A stretch of 64,000 bases of DNA from a virus, in IMG/VR virus record IMGVR_UViG_3300032116_015700, positions 1 to 64,000 of that record. One strand, 5' to 3'. This document shows positions 9,402 through 18,850 of the stretch, one piece after another (the stretch's first letter is position 1; every line of letters begins with the position of its first letter). Made by a program: the position numbers and the translations under genes. Under the pieces are notes generated by a model. The model saw only the letters and a list, made by a program, of their open reading frames with translations, was not told the DNA's origin and did no database searches.

Positions 9402-10217
9402 TTATGAATTGAAAAGGTCATCAAATGCCGCTGCTACATCATCTAATTTCTTAGCTGGTGCTGGTTTTGATGGAGTTGTATCAAATGGTGCTTCTTCCTC
9501 ATCTTTAGCGGTTGAAGAAAGAGTTTCAGCTGATGCTGATTTCTCATCTTCAGATGCGCCACCTGATGGGTTCAACCAACCTTCTAATACATTCTTCAAT
9601 TCTGCATAAGTTAATTCAGAATAAAGTTCGGTGATTTCCTTTTGTTCGTTAAGGAATTTGTCATTCTCAGCTTTAGTTGCTGCTAATGGTGTTTCTTTTG
9701 GTTTAACACGAATTGTTGTTACAGGGTAAGAAGTACCACTGTCTTCTGCGGATACAACTTCAACAGTAATATCTCTACCACTTTCTGGATCGGTAATATC
9801 GCCATAATCAGCGTCAGCCATATAACCAAGAATCTCTTGATATACGGTCTTACCAAAGCCCCAAAAACGAACACCTTCACCTTCTTCACCTCTTACCAAT
9901 ACTGGTACGAAAGTACGAAGTTTCGGCTCCATTTTCTTAGCAGCTTTCCAATCTTCCTTATCACCCATTCTTTTAAGTTTATCAGCAAACTCAACTATTG
10001 GGTCAGGTCTGCCAAAACTCATTGGAGATAAGTAAGTTTTGTTGTTGATGTTGTAGTGAAAATAAAGTTCAATAAAAGGATTCTCTTTATTGAATTTGTA
10101 CGGCACCAATCTGATTGTGTGTTTGCCTGGTGCTGGCTTCCAAAGTTCTACAGTTGTTCTTTGGGTGTTCTGCAGTTTGTTAAGTCTGCTCTTAATTGCG
10201 TCTAAATTAATTGCCAT
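9402..10217 (-). CDS. Single-stranded DNA-binding protein (T4 gp32-like)
   Basis: WKP...IRLVP...PF.E.YFHY, FWGFGKTVY, DITDPESGRD, acidic tail ending AFDDLFNS; adjacent to recA. Confidence 0.8.
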   Translation of the reverse strand: MAINLDAIKSRLNKLQNTQRTTVELWKPAPGKHTIRLVPYKFNKENPFIELYFHYNINNKTYLSPMSFGRPDPIVEFADKLKRMGDKEDWKAAKKMEPKLRTFVPVLVRGEEGEGVRFWGFGKTVYQEILGYMADADYGDITDPESGRDITVEVVSAEDSGTSYPVTTIRVKPKETPLAATKAENDKFLNEQKEITELYSELTYAELKNVLEGWLNPSGGASEDEKSASAETLSSTAKDEEEAPFDTTPSKPAPAKKLDDVAAAFDDLFNS

Positions 10218-10306
10218 GTCTTTTAAGTTTTAAGCGTTTAAGTTTTATGGTTTTATTTAAGTGTCTTTCCTACACTTCCGTTACACATATAAATATAAAG
10301 GAGATA

Positions 10307-10338
10307 CAAATATACAACAAGTTTTTGATATTACCAAA
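10307..10338 (-). promoter_or_regulatory. Bacteroidota-type promoter upstream of ssb (proximal)
   Basis: TTTG-N20-TATATTTG; an ATATTTATA box follows at 10288-10296. Confidence 0.75.
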
Positions 10339-10375
10339 TCTTTTTTTGATGTATTTTTGATTGATTTTGATGTAA

Positions 10376-10407
10376 CAAATATAGGTAAAATTTGTGACAA
10401 TTCCAAA
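10376..10407 (-). promoter_or_regulatory. Bacteroidota-type promoter upstream of ssb (distal, tandem)
   Basis: TTTG-N20-TATATTTG. Confidence 0.72.
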
Positions 10408-10440
10408 TAAAAAAGGGAGAATTTTTAGTTTCTCCCTTTT
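10405..10440 (-). terminator. Intrinsic terminator
   Basis: AAAAGGGAGAA-loop-TTCTCCCTTTT followed by TTATTT, just after the 10444 stop. Confidence 0.75.
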
Positions 10441-10443
10441 GTT

Positions 10444-10920
10444 TTATTTTTTAATCATTGATGTAAGTTTGGTTGAACTTTCTTCAATATCATCATCTCT
10501 ATGATTCCATACTTTATTTTTGTCATCATATCGGTAACCTAAACCGATTGCTGCATCTGCAAATCCTTCTTCATCAAAATCATCGCTACCAAATTCTCCG
10601 AAATCATATCCCATATCATACAATGCATCGTATAATTCCTCATCACTTTGTCCATCTATTGATGCATCCGAGTCAGCTTGAGGAGCTTCACCGCCTCTAT
10701 CTTTTGCATAATCTCCACCAAACATATCATTTGGTTTAGTATCTACGTTAGGCTCATCACCTTTTTTAGCTTTAGGGTCTTCATGAGAACCAGCTTTTAA
10801 TGCTGCATCTTTAGCCTGTTGTGTTTTGAAATAAACAAGTTTGCCAGTTTTTTTACTTCTAGCTACCAATTTAGGGTCTATGTTAGCCTCTATTAGTTCT
10901 TTTAATCTGATATTTGCCAT
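10444..10920 (-). CDS. Hypothetical protein, acidic C-terminal half (possible internal head protein)
   Basis: Clean ORF with its own promoter and terminator; starts MANIRLKELIEA. Confidence 0.6.
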   Translation of the reverse strand: MANIRLKELIEANIDPKLVARSKKTGKLVYFKTQQAKDAALKAGSHEDPKAKKGDEPNVDTKPNDMFGGDYAKDRGGEAPQADSDASIDGQSDEELYDALYDMGYDFGEFGSDDFDEEGFADAAIGLGYRYDDKNKVWNHRDDDIEESSTKLTSMIKK

Positions 10921-10938
10921 CTATGTTCTATTATATTT

Positions 10939-10972
10939 TATAAATATACGAAATTTTATTTAAACTTCCAAA
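10939..10972 (-). promoter_or_regulatory. Hybrid promoter (TTTG-N20-TATATTTA overlapping an ATATTTATA box)
   Basis: Both motif types coincide about 20 nt upstream of the 10920 start. Confidence 0.65.
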
Positions 10973-11806
10973 TTATGCTAATAAGTGATAGTATTCCTTA
11001 AAGTGTTTTATTCGGTCTGCCAATCCAATAGTTCCACCATTTACTCTTTTTGTGATTGATGTTACTACGGCATCGGTTGCACCACCATCAGCCATTATGT
11101 GTAATTTATTCTTATTAAAGAACCATGCTGCTGAAAGTAAAGCGTATTTAGATGCTACTACATCAGGATTAGATGGAATATCTTCACCGATTGCTTTACC
11201 AAATGCTGTATAGTTATCCTTTCCTGTCAATTGAATATATCCTCTTCCGCGAAACTTATATCCTTCACCACTTCCCTCATCACCATTACCCATACGAGAT
11301 GCATATACTTTGTTTGCAATCTTTTGTGGGTTTCTTTGATATGCGTTTGCAATAGCTTCAGTTGGGAAATACTTTTTGAATATACCCATTAAACCTTTTG
11401 CTGAATAGTTTAAGTTTTCTTGCGTTGCTTTGAATCCACCACTCTCATGTCCGCATTGTGCCAAAAAGTGTGCCAATCTCAATGGAGTGTTGATTTGGAA
11501 TTTAGCTGCAGTATCAGGAATCATTGCAATTACCGCATCAGGAATATGTCCTTTAAGTTTATCTAACTTCAATCCACCAACAGGTGTTATTGGAGCCGGT
11601 GGCGGTGGCGGTGGAGTATTCTCACCCATAATCATCGCCCAAGTTTTATCACCAACAATACCATCAGCAGGAAGTCCGTGCTTAGCTTGAAATTCTTTTA
11701 CTGCTTGTTCAGTTTTAGGTCCAAAATTAGTAACTGCTGGGGAAATACCTAATTTCTCCTGCATTAATTTTACATTTTCGTTATTATCACCTTTTTTTAA
11801 TAACAT
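10973..11806 (-). CDS. Endolysin: peptidoglycan-binding domain + Pro linker + glycoside hydrolase family 19 domain
   Basis: Likely start MLLKKGD (11806). PG-binding FGPKTEQAVKEFQ...DGIVGDKTW; GH19 motifs AHFLAQCGHESGG, ENLNYS, FRGRGYIQLTG, SAAWFF, TKRVNGG. Confidence 0.9.
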   Translation of the reverse strand: MLLKKGDNNENVKLMQEKLGISPAVTNFGPKTEQAVKEFQAKHGLPADGIVGDKTWAMIMGENTPPPPPPAPITPVGGLKLDKLKGHIPDAVIAMIPDTAAKFQINTPLRLAHFLAQCGHESGGFKATQENLNYSAKGLMGIFKKYFPTEAIANAYQRNPQKIANKVYASRMGNGDEGSGEGYKFRGRGYIQLTGKDNYTAFGKAIGEDIPSNPDVVASKYALLSAAWFFNKNKLHIMADGGATDAVVTSITKRVNGGTIGLADRIKHFKEYYHLLA

Positions 11807-11813
11807 CGTGAAA

Positions 11814-12242
11814 TTATTTAGTTTCGTTAGATATAACTTCTTTACCATCACCAAAATCAATTACTTCAAAAACTCTTGTTTGAATTTTTTTAGTTCCTTC
11901 AGCGTTGGTTAATATGATTGAATTTTTGAATTTCTGCCAATTAATTACAAATGAATTATCTAGCACCCCACCATTTTCCTCTTTTACCAATTCGTTTAGG
12001 GCGTTAATTGTATATAATGTATTTGATTCTTTCTTTCTATGAATTAGAATAGTATTTTCCAACGGAGTATCCGGTTGGAATGCTGTATCTATATTGTACG
12101 TGATAAACAATTCATCTAAATTCGCCTTATTTTGGAGAATATAAATGTAATTATAAACGATGTGGTAAGTTTCTCTTATTAGTTGTAATGTATTTTGTAA
12201 CTCACCTTTCGTTGTAAACGTACATAATAACTGTGTTTTCAT
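11814..12242 (-). CDS. Hypothetical protein
   Basis: Intact 142-aa ORF; ATATTTATA box at 12273-12281 upstream. Confidence 0.6.
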   Translation of the reverse strand: MKTQLLCTFTTKGELQNTLQLIRETYHIVYNYIYILQNKANLDELFITYNIDTAFQPDTPLENTILIHRKKESNTLYTINALNELVKEENGGVLDNSFVINWQKFKNSIILTNAEGTKKIQTRVFEVIDFGDGKEVISNETK

Positions 12243-12311
12243 CCTCGTTTTCCCTTTTTCTTTTTAATCAACTATAAATATCAAAAAAGGGTTCAAAGGG
12301 TATTTTTACAA

Positions 12312-15300
12312 TTATCTCTTTATAGGTTCAATGTGAGATGAATTTGCATTGTTCAAAGAAAGGTACTTACATTCTTTACCGGTTGCCGCAATACCAGGAT
12401 CATAAGACCATCCCATACCACTCAATGTAGTTACACCATCAATTGTTTCATGTCTTGGGTCACCCTTTTTAGGATATACGGTTCTCAAATTACCAAACAA
12501 TTGATAATCCATATCATTGTTATTCAATGTTTCAGCGATTGCACCCATTTTACACCACATTCCACACTGTTTTTTATAATTTTCGTAATTTGCTTTTTGT
12601 TCTTTATCCGTCTTACCAAAGCACTGCTTAAAGTTTTTAAATGGAACTTTCTTTTCCACTTTTGCAGCCATTCTTGCAGCCTGTTCTTCACCTTCCATTT
12701 GAATTTCAGTTATTTGTTCTTCGGTAAGAATACCAGCTTTTTTAGCTCTTTCTAATACCGAATTTAACTCAGCTTCTTTAGCATCAATTTCTTCTTTACT
12801 CTTAACTCTGTTCTCTTCGCCAGGTGTAAATGACCATTTGTATGTATCAAATAATGTTAATATTTCTTTTTGTGTATCAAAGTTTTTATGTTTTCTATAT
12901 CTAGTCATAAGTACTTTATCATACCCCGCACTAGCACCACCTTTTTCGTATTTTACCGATAATCCACCTTCAATCAAAGATGTTGAAATAATATTTTGGA
13001 AATTATTTGCAATTGCTTCAGCAGGAGATTCACCTTTCTTCATTCTTATTTCTTGAGAAGGTTTATAAGTTACAATGTCAGTAACTTTCCAATTTGATGC
13101 AGATGGCATGAATCCCGCATACCCTTGTCCCAATTTAACCATAAAGTCAAATATCTCTTGCATATCAGGAACACCTGCTCTAAATTCCGGATTGGCGTTC
13201 ATCAACTTTGCAATTGCATCTATTTCTTCTTGCATTCTTTCAGGTGAGATACCATTATACGGATTTGAAATGTTTTTTATAAGATTAAGTACATTTTTTG
13301 CATCAGGTGGAATTTTACCTTTAAAGAATTTGCCAAAATCTGCATTTAATTTATTAAACATCATTTTTTTAATACTTTCAATGGTATTTTTTCTACCATC
13401 GGATGTATCAGTATCATATCCAAAATCAATAGTTTCAATATCTTCTTGAGAAGCAATAAATTCTACATATTCATTGTGCCTTTTTATTGCAATCAAAGTT
13501 TTACGAACTTCTTCTTCAGGATTAGTAATACCTCTTTTTTTAAATTGGTCTAACAATTCTTTTTCATCTGGCTCTGGGTATCTTTTAAATACAGTATTAC
13601 CAATTTTACAACTTTGTGTTTTACCATCTTTATCTTTTTCTATACCTTCTACTTTAATCGGTTTTCTATCACGAGTTAAATTACTTGCAACCATTGATTT
13701 TTTTCTAACAGCATGTCCTGCATCAAATATTTCATTTCTTTCCAAATATTCATTAAAAGAATCTCTATCTTCAATACCTTTACCCAATTCTACTTTAATG
13801 TGTGTTTTGAATTCACCTTTAGCCGGTGCAAAATATATTTTTGGGTCAGATGTAGCTGGGAATGTTACCCAATCACTTGCAAATCTTCTTTCTGCTTTTG
13901 TTAATTCCTCTCCTCTTAACGCTTTACCAACAATACCAAATAAAACCTTTTTTTCATCTTTGTTCATTGGTAGTTTACTAATAACAGTATTTACATCCTT
14001 TAGTTTATCCTGCACTTTTTTCTTTGAAAAGAAAGCATCATCTTCTTCCATTTTGTTAGAAATTTTACCAGATGGTGCTGCTTTTGGTTTTGGTGTAGGA
14101 ACAGACGTTGGTTTGGTTTTTTTATCTTTAGCCAATGCAGCCTTTTCTCTGCTTGCTCTTGCTTGTAAATCTTTGTCTTGAGCAACTGTCTTTATTGGTG
14201 CAGGTTTTTTACCTTTTACCGGTGGGGTTGTTGTTTGATTTTTTGCAGCTTTTTCTTTAGATGTTAATGCTCTAAAAGTTCCACGATCTGATTTGTGGGT
14301 TATCTCACCATCAGGTTGTTTTGAATAATACCCACCACCTCTATGGTAATAGCCAGGATGTTCTTTAGATGGACTAGCTTTTATATTAGGTTTAGCTTCT
14401 CTAATAAATTCTGCAATAATTCCCTCTATAAGAGAATCAATCATTGGAAAAAGTTCTTCTTTCATTTCAGTTTTTTCTTTTTTATTTCTTTGTCTCCACA
14501 TATCAACGTGAGAGTTGCCAACCGGTGCAATTACTTTGTATCCTTCAGCTTCAGCTTCTTTAATTTTTCTATCTAATTCCTTTTGGCGGAATCCATTATA
14601 TGTTTGTTGTGCTTTACTTATTTCCGTTTCACCATATCCATCATCATCTCTATAATTAAGTTGATATAAATCTTCTTTTTGCCCATCAGTTAAATTATTC
14701 CAATCCACATCACCATCAAATTCCGAACTTCCACCTTTTTTAGCTTGGTCTATTAACCATGCTTTACCCTCATCATCTAAATAATCATCAGGCTTCATAT
14801 TTTCATCCGGCCCATCCTGTCCATACATATTAGCCCATATAGCAGCTTTAGCTTTAGATTTACTTCCGCCTAACGTTTTACCAACTTCATCAAATATAGG
14901 AGAAGTATCATCCAATACATTTGCGTTTTCATCCCAACTACTTTCGTTTGAGTTAGTAAAATGATTTTTTACTGCATCTCTAATTTCAGCTTGCTCTCCT
15001 GATAATTCTAAATTACCTTCAGAATCTTTACTCATTCCACCTTCACCAACAAACATTACTTTTGTATCTTTTGGAAGTGATGTGATTTGATTAATTGTTT
15101 CTTTTGTACTTTCATTATCAGCACCATGTTCAACACCAATAATCATAGAACCATTATCGGTTGTTTCAATATCCAAAGATTCACCCTTTGCTGTTTTTCT
15201 ATCTTTAAGGGAGTTTACAACGTCTTCAGATTCTTTTTGTGTTAATTGTTTTGGTTCTTCTGCAGGTACATCTTCTTTGTTAGCATCTGCTTTCTTAGCA

Positions 15301-16616
15301 GCAATACCCATATCTTCTGCAAACTTATTACACATAGGAATTGCATCTTTAATATCCTGGTCAATCACTTGCACCTTCATAGGTATTTGAGAATCAGGAT
15401 GTGATGCGTTATATGCTGCAATTGCTGCCCATCTATGATGTCCATCAATTACAAATCCATCTCTACTAACATAAATTGGTGCAGTAATTTTTGGATGTTG
15501 TGGGTCTTGCTCTAATGCACCCATCATACCCAACACCTTTGCACCAACTAATTCATTTTGTGTTGCTTTTAATTTATCAGCAGGTACTTCGGTTTGTGAT
15601 ACTGTAATTCCTTTCTCTTTCAGCATTTCTCTAAATACTGGTTCGGTATCTACTTCGCCATCTTTATCCACCGGCATATTTTCTGCTCTTGTTCCTGGCA
15701 ACGCTTTACCTTTGAATTGTGGCATTTCTTCTCTTGGAATACCTAAATTATCATCACAATATAAGTTTGTACCAGGTACTGTTATTTGACACAAATTAAT
15801 ATTAGGTGCTTTTTCGCCTTTAGCTTTTGCATCATCAACAATTTGTTTTACCTTACTAATATCGGTATTGAATTTTTCTAAATCTTTTTTATCTATTCCA
15901 TCGGGTATATCAGATTCACCACCAAATGTATCAGGATCCGCTTCAGGTATTTCAGATTGTACATCTGCCGCTGGAATTGGATTAAATCCATCTTCTGCTT
16001 TAGGTTCTTCTTTTGGTTTTTCTTCTTCACCACTTCCTGCTAATTGAGCAAGTGTTTCTCTTTCTTTATCCAAACGAGCTCCCATAGCAGGGTCCTGTTT
16101 AGGGTCAAACATTGGTGCTGCTTTTTGAATCGGGTCCTCTTTAGGTGCAGATTCTTCACCACCATCACCTTTATCACCTTTTGGTTCCTGTGCTCCTTGT
16201 GGTTGTCCTTCTCCACCTAAATCCTTATTGATTGTATCTCTTTCTTCTGAACCTTCTGGTGGTAACATTCTTTCTGCTGCTTTACGGCCAGGATGTTCTT
16301 TTGGTAATCTTAAAAGGTTTCCAACCAATCCTTCCACATCTTCACCTTTTGCGTTTTTATATTTTACACTTTTATTTAGTACAGGATTTTTAAAATTCTT
16401 ATCCGCTTCTACTACATGCTTCTCAGGAGTTTTTCCTTTTTCAGTAAGAAGGTTTTCTACTAAATCATTCTTAATATGAGATAATCCCATTTCAGAAAGT
16501 ACAATACCCAACTCTTTTATGTGGGTTGGGTTTTTTGCATCAGGCATACCATCGTTTACTCTATACGCCCATTCAGAAATAATTTTATCAATTAATTGTA
16601 ATAAATTCATGTTCAT
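12312..16616 (-). CDS. Large multidomain protein (ParB/Srx-like, TraB/ChaN-like and possible nuclease domains)
   Basis: LKATQ...IYVSRDGFVIDGHHRWAA (ParB-N). IIGVEHG / VMFVGEG / VIAPVGNSHV (TraB/ChaN-like pattern). VTDIV...GLSVKY (PD-(D/E)xK-like). Charged linkers between domains. Confidence 0.6.
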   Translation of the reverse strand: MNMNLLQLIDKIISEWAYRVNDGMPDAKNPTHIKELGIVLSEMGLSHIKNDLVENLLTEKGKTPEKHVVEADKNFKNPVLNKSVKYKNAKGEDVEGLVGNLLRLPKEHPGRKAAERMLPPEGSEERDTINKDLGGEGQPQGAQEPKGDKGDGGEESAPKEDPIQKAAPMFDPKQDPAMGARLDKERETLAQLAGSGEEEKPKEEPKAEDGFNPIPAADVQSEIPEADPDTFGGESDIPDGIDKKDLEKFNTDISKVKQIVDDAKAKGEKAPNINLCQITVPGTNLYCDDNLGIPREEMPQFKGKALPGTRAENMPVDKDGEVDTEPVFREMLKEKGITVSQTEVPADKLKATQNELVGAKVLGMMGALEQDPQHPKITAPIYVSRDGFVIDGHHRWAAIAAYNASHPDSQIPMKVQVIDQDIKDAIPMCNKFAEDMGIAAKKADANKEDVPAEEPKQLTQKESEDVVNSLKDRKTAKGESLDIETTDNGSMIIGVEHGADNESTKETINQITSLPKDTKVMFVGEGGMSKDSEGNLELSGEQAEIRDAVKNHFTNSNESSWDENANVLDDTSPIFDEVGKTLGGSKSKAKAAIWANMYGQDGPDENMKPDDYLDDEGKAWLIDQAKKGGSSEFDGDVDWNNLTDGQKEDLYQLNYRDDDGYGETEISKAQQTYNGFRQKELDRKIKEAEAEGYKVIAPVGNSHVDMWRQRNKKEKTEMKEELFPMIDSLIEGIIAEFIREAKPNIKASPSKEHPGYYHRGGGYYSKQPDGEITHKSDRGTFRALTSKEKAAKNQTTTPPVKGKKPAPIKTVAQDKDLQARASREKAALAKDKKTKPTSVPTPKPKAAPSGKISNKMEEDDAFFSKKKVQDKLKDVNTVISKLPMNKDEKKVLFGIVGKALRGEELTKAERRFASDWVTFPATSDPKIYFAPAKGEFKTHIKVELGKGIEDRDSFNEYLERNEIFDAGHAVRKKSMVASNLTRDRKPIKVEGIEKDKDGKTQSCKIGNTVFKRYPEPDEKELLDQFKKRGITNPEEEVRKTLIAIKRHNEYVEFIASQEDIETIDFGYDTDTSDGRKNTIESIKKMMFNKLNADFGKFFKGKIPPDAKNVLNLIKNISNPYNGISPERMQEEIDAIAKLMNANPEFRAGVPDMQEIFDFMVKLGQGYAGFMPSASNWKVTDIVTYKPSQEIRMKKGESPAEAIANNFQNIISTSLIEGGLSVKYEKGGASAGYDKVLMTRYRKHKNFDTQKEILTLFDTYKWSFTPGEENRVKSKEEIDAKEAELNSVLERAKKAGILTEEQITEIQMEGEEQAARMAAKVEKKVPFKNFKQCFGKTDKEQKANYENYKKQCGMWCKMGAIAETLNNNDMDYQLFGNLRTVYPKKGDPRHETIDGVTTLSGMGWSYDPGIAATGKECKYLSLNNANSSHIEPIKR

Positions 16617-17224
16617 TAAAATTTGTGGTCTTCCGCTTCACATATCATTTCTAATTCTTCCCAATGAAATTTTGGTCTTTCATTAAGAAATACAAAACAT
16701 TTCCATTTCTTTTGTTTTTCAAAGTAAATGTGTTTTTGTAAATGTGAAGGAATTGCTGCACCAGTTGGTACTCTTTTAACAGGAGTATCAAAGAAAACTT
16801 TTATTAAAACAGTAATTGGTTCTACATCATCCCATTTACGGATTTGTTCTTCCAACATTCTCCACTCACCTCTATTAAGATATTGATTTTGCATTATTGA
16901 ATTTAGGTATGAGAATGTTTGTTTTAAGTTCGCCTCATTATCAGAAAATGTTGCTGCAGGAGCTCCATGTCCTTTATCGTAAACATTTCCTTTGTAATCC
17001 TCACCATCCGATGTTTTGATTCCCTTTTCTGTATAGAAATCCATATGACCTCTATTCACATTTGTAGGGCGGTTTGTAGAACGATACTTAATAATTAGTG
17101 GTTGTTCTAATGATTGTGAATAAAGTATATCAAACACTTCATTCTTAACTCTCACATCGGGTAATTGTCCAAAAGATGTTAAAGAAACTAAAAGGAACGA
17201 TAATAAAACAAAGAGTTTTCTCAT
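16616..17224 (-). CDS. DNA/RNA non-specific endonuclease (NucA-like, His-Me finger) with signal peptide
   Basis: YDKGHGAPAA, TFSYLNSIMQNQYLNRGEWRMLE, AIPSHLQK. Likely start MRKLFVLLSFLLVSLTSFG (Sec-type signal). Confidence 0.85.
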   Translation of the reverse strand: MRKLFVLLSFLLVSLTSFGQLPDVRVKNEVFDILYSQSLEQPLIIKYRSTNRPTNVNRGHMDFYTEKGIKTSDGEDYKGNVYDKGHGAPAATFSDNEANLKQTFSYLNSIMQNQYLNRGEWRMLEEQIRKWDDVEPITVLIKVFFDTPVKRVPTGAAIPSHLQKHIYFEKQKKWKCFVFLNERPKFHWEELEMICEAEDHKF

Positions 17225-17262
17225 ATTATAGCATATTTTTGTATATACTATAAATATGGTGG

Positions 17263-18549
17263 TTAAACGTTTCCGTAATCCTTTCCCCAACTGGCTTTAA
17301 TAGGGAATCCACCTTCTTCAATTATTTCTTTTAACCCCTTAATCAAACTCTTATCCACATCGGTAGGTACATCAAAAAGGAATGAGTCATAAGTGTACAA
17401 TTCCAAACTTATTCCACTCCCCTTTATGTAATCCAATATCTTCCTCATTTTATCCACATTCACTTCAGTTTCATATGCTTGTAGGAGATAGTTAAATACT
17501 TTTTGTGCGTTTGGTTGTTCTACCCACATTGTAGGGATTTGGCGGTTTGGTGTTTGGATGTAACCCTTCACCACACTCTCTTTCCAAAACCTTTCAATAA
17601 AATCAGCTACCTTATCAAAGTATGGTATTTGTCTAAACTCATCATCAATCCCACCATAAAGGAGACGGAACGTTACTCCCTTACCTTCAGCCAAATCACA
17701 CCCATATTGGTCAGCTAACCATTGGTGAACATTTGTTTGTGGAAGTGGGAAATCAATCAGTTTACCAATAAGACGTGGGTGATACGAATCATAATCCATT
17801 TGTAAGAATATCCCATCCGCTATTAAGGTATCTCTACTCCCATCCGATTTGTTGAGAGCCGCATAGTTTACTCCCGCATGTCTATTGGATGGACGACCAG
17901 TAATTGTAAATGGATTGTATTCGGTGTACACCACATTATCGGATGTAATGTGTTTGGAAGACTGTGGCCATCTATCAATGAATTTTTCCCTTGCGACACG
18001 AATTCCGAATTGTTCAATTTCTGAAAGGATTGGTAAGAAAATATCGTTATACCAATTATAAGTTTTAGTCTTTTGATTACGGTGTTTTAAGAATTCATTA
18101 TCTACCGCTTCCGCAAGTTTAAGAATGGGAATGGATTGAATGACATCTTCTTTGTAACCTTTGTGTAGTAAGGGAGCTACTAAACCTTGTAGTGGTTGGT
18201 TGTAATCTATGGTATCTCCAGTTTTTAGAAAGTGAGCCGTATCAATGTCATTCAATCCTTCCCTTAAATTGGAGAACGATTGTAGTAGCTTCTTCTTTTG
18301 GAAAACCCACTTTTCACCCATTGTATTTAGAACACCCTCTATAAGTGATTTAGAGAGTGATAGAGTATCGGTATGCCGATGTGGAAGAATATACCTATCT
18401 TCTACAGTTCGTATCAGGATAAAGGATATATCGGTGTTTCGTGGGTGTTTATCATTATCTACCCAAAACGGATACCAAAGGGATACTTCAGTTTCCAATT
18501 TCACCTTCAATTCATCCAGCTCACCAATATTTTCCACTATCTTTATCAT
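17263..18549 (-). CDS. Compact family A DNA polymerase
   Basis: TITGRPSN, motif A LQMDYDSYHPRL, motif B GKGVTFRLLYGG, FNYLLQAYE, motif C LYTYDSFLFD; only 428 aa. Confidence 0.8.
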   Translation of the reverse strand: MIKIVENIGELDELKVKLETEVSLWYPFWVDNDKHPRNTDISFILIRTVEDRYILPHRHTDTLSLSKSLIEGVLNTMGEKWVFQKKKLLQSFSNLREGLNDIDTAHFLKTGDTIDYNQPLQGLVAPLLHKGYKEDVIQSIPILKLAEAVDNEFLKHRNQKTKTYNWYNDIFLPILSEIEQFGIRVAREKFIDRWPQSSKHITSDNVVYTEYNPFTITGRPSNRHAGVNYAALNKSDGSRDTLIADGIFLQMDYDSYHPRLIGKLIDFPLPQTNVHQWLADQYGCDLAEGKGVTFRLLYGGIDDEFRQIPYFDKVADFIERFWKESVVKGYIQTPNRQIPTMWVEQPNAQKVFNYLLQAYETEVNVDKMRKILDYIKGSGISLELYTYDSFLFDVPTDVDKSLIKGLKEIIEEGGFPIKASWGKDYGNV

Positions 18550-18787
18550 TCTTCTTTGCTGCTTGTGCTTTTTCTAATACTGATTGTTTTTTAGCCAACT
18601 TAGCTTCTTTATAAGCTTTCTTCATCATCTTATCATACCCAGCTGGAAACTTATTGGTAACTTCAATTGGTCCATTTGGAAATTTCTTCAAATCATATTT
18701 CCATACGGATTCAGTTCCATCATCATCTTTATATGTTATTTCAAACTTTGTTGGTTTATCTATTGGTTTTTCCGGCCATCTACCCAT
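18521..18787 (-). CDS. Hypothetical basic protein
   Basis: Likely start MGRWPEKP (18787), just downstream of a promoter; overlaps the polymerase start. Confidence 0.6.
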   Translation of the reverse strand: MGRWPEKPIDKPTKFEITYKDDDGTESVWKYDLKKFPNGPIEVTNKFPAGYDKMMKKAYKEAKLAKKQSVLEKAQAAKKNDKDSGKYW

Positions 18788-18801
18788 AAAAACAATTTGT
18801 A

Positions 18802-18833
18802 CAAATATACAAAAAAAATCCCAAACTACCAAA
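18802..18833 (-). promoter_or_regulatory. Bacteroidota-type promoter embedded in the tmRNA terminator
   Basis: TTTG-N20-TATATTTG. Confidence 0.7.
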
Positions 18834-18850
18834 TAATAGTTCGGGATTTG
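18811..18850 (-). terminator. Intrinsic terminator of tmRNA
   Basis: AAATCCCGAACTA-loop-TAGTTTGGGATTT, running into a T8 tract, immediately after the CCA end. Confidence 0.8.
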
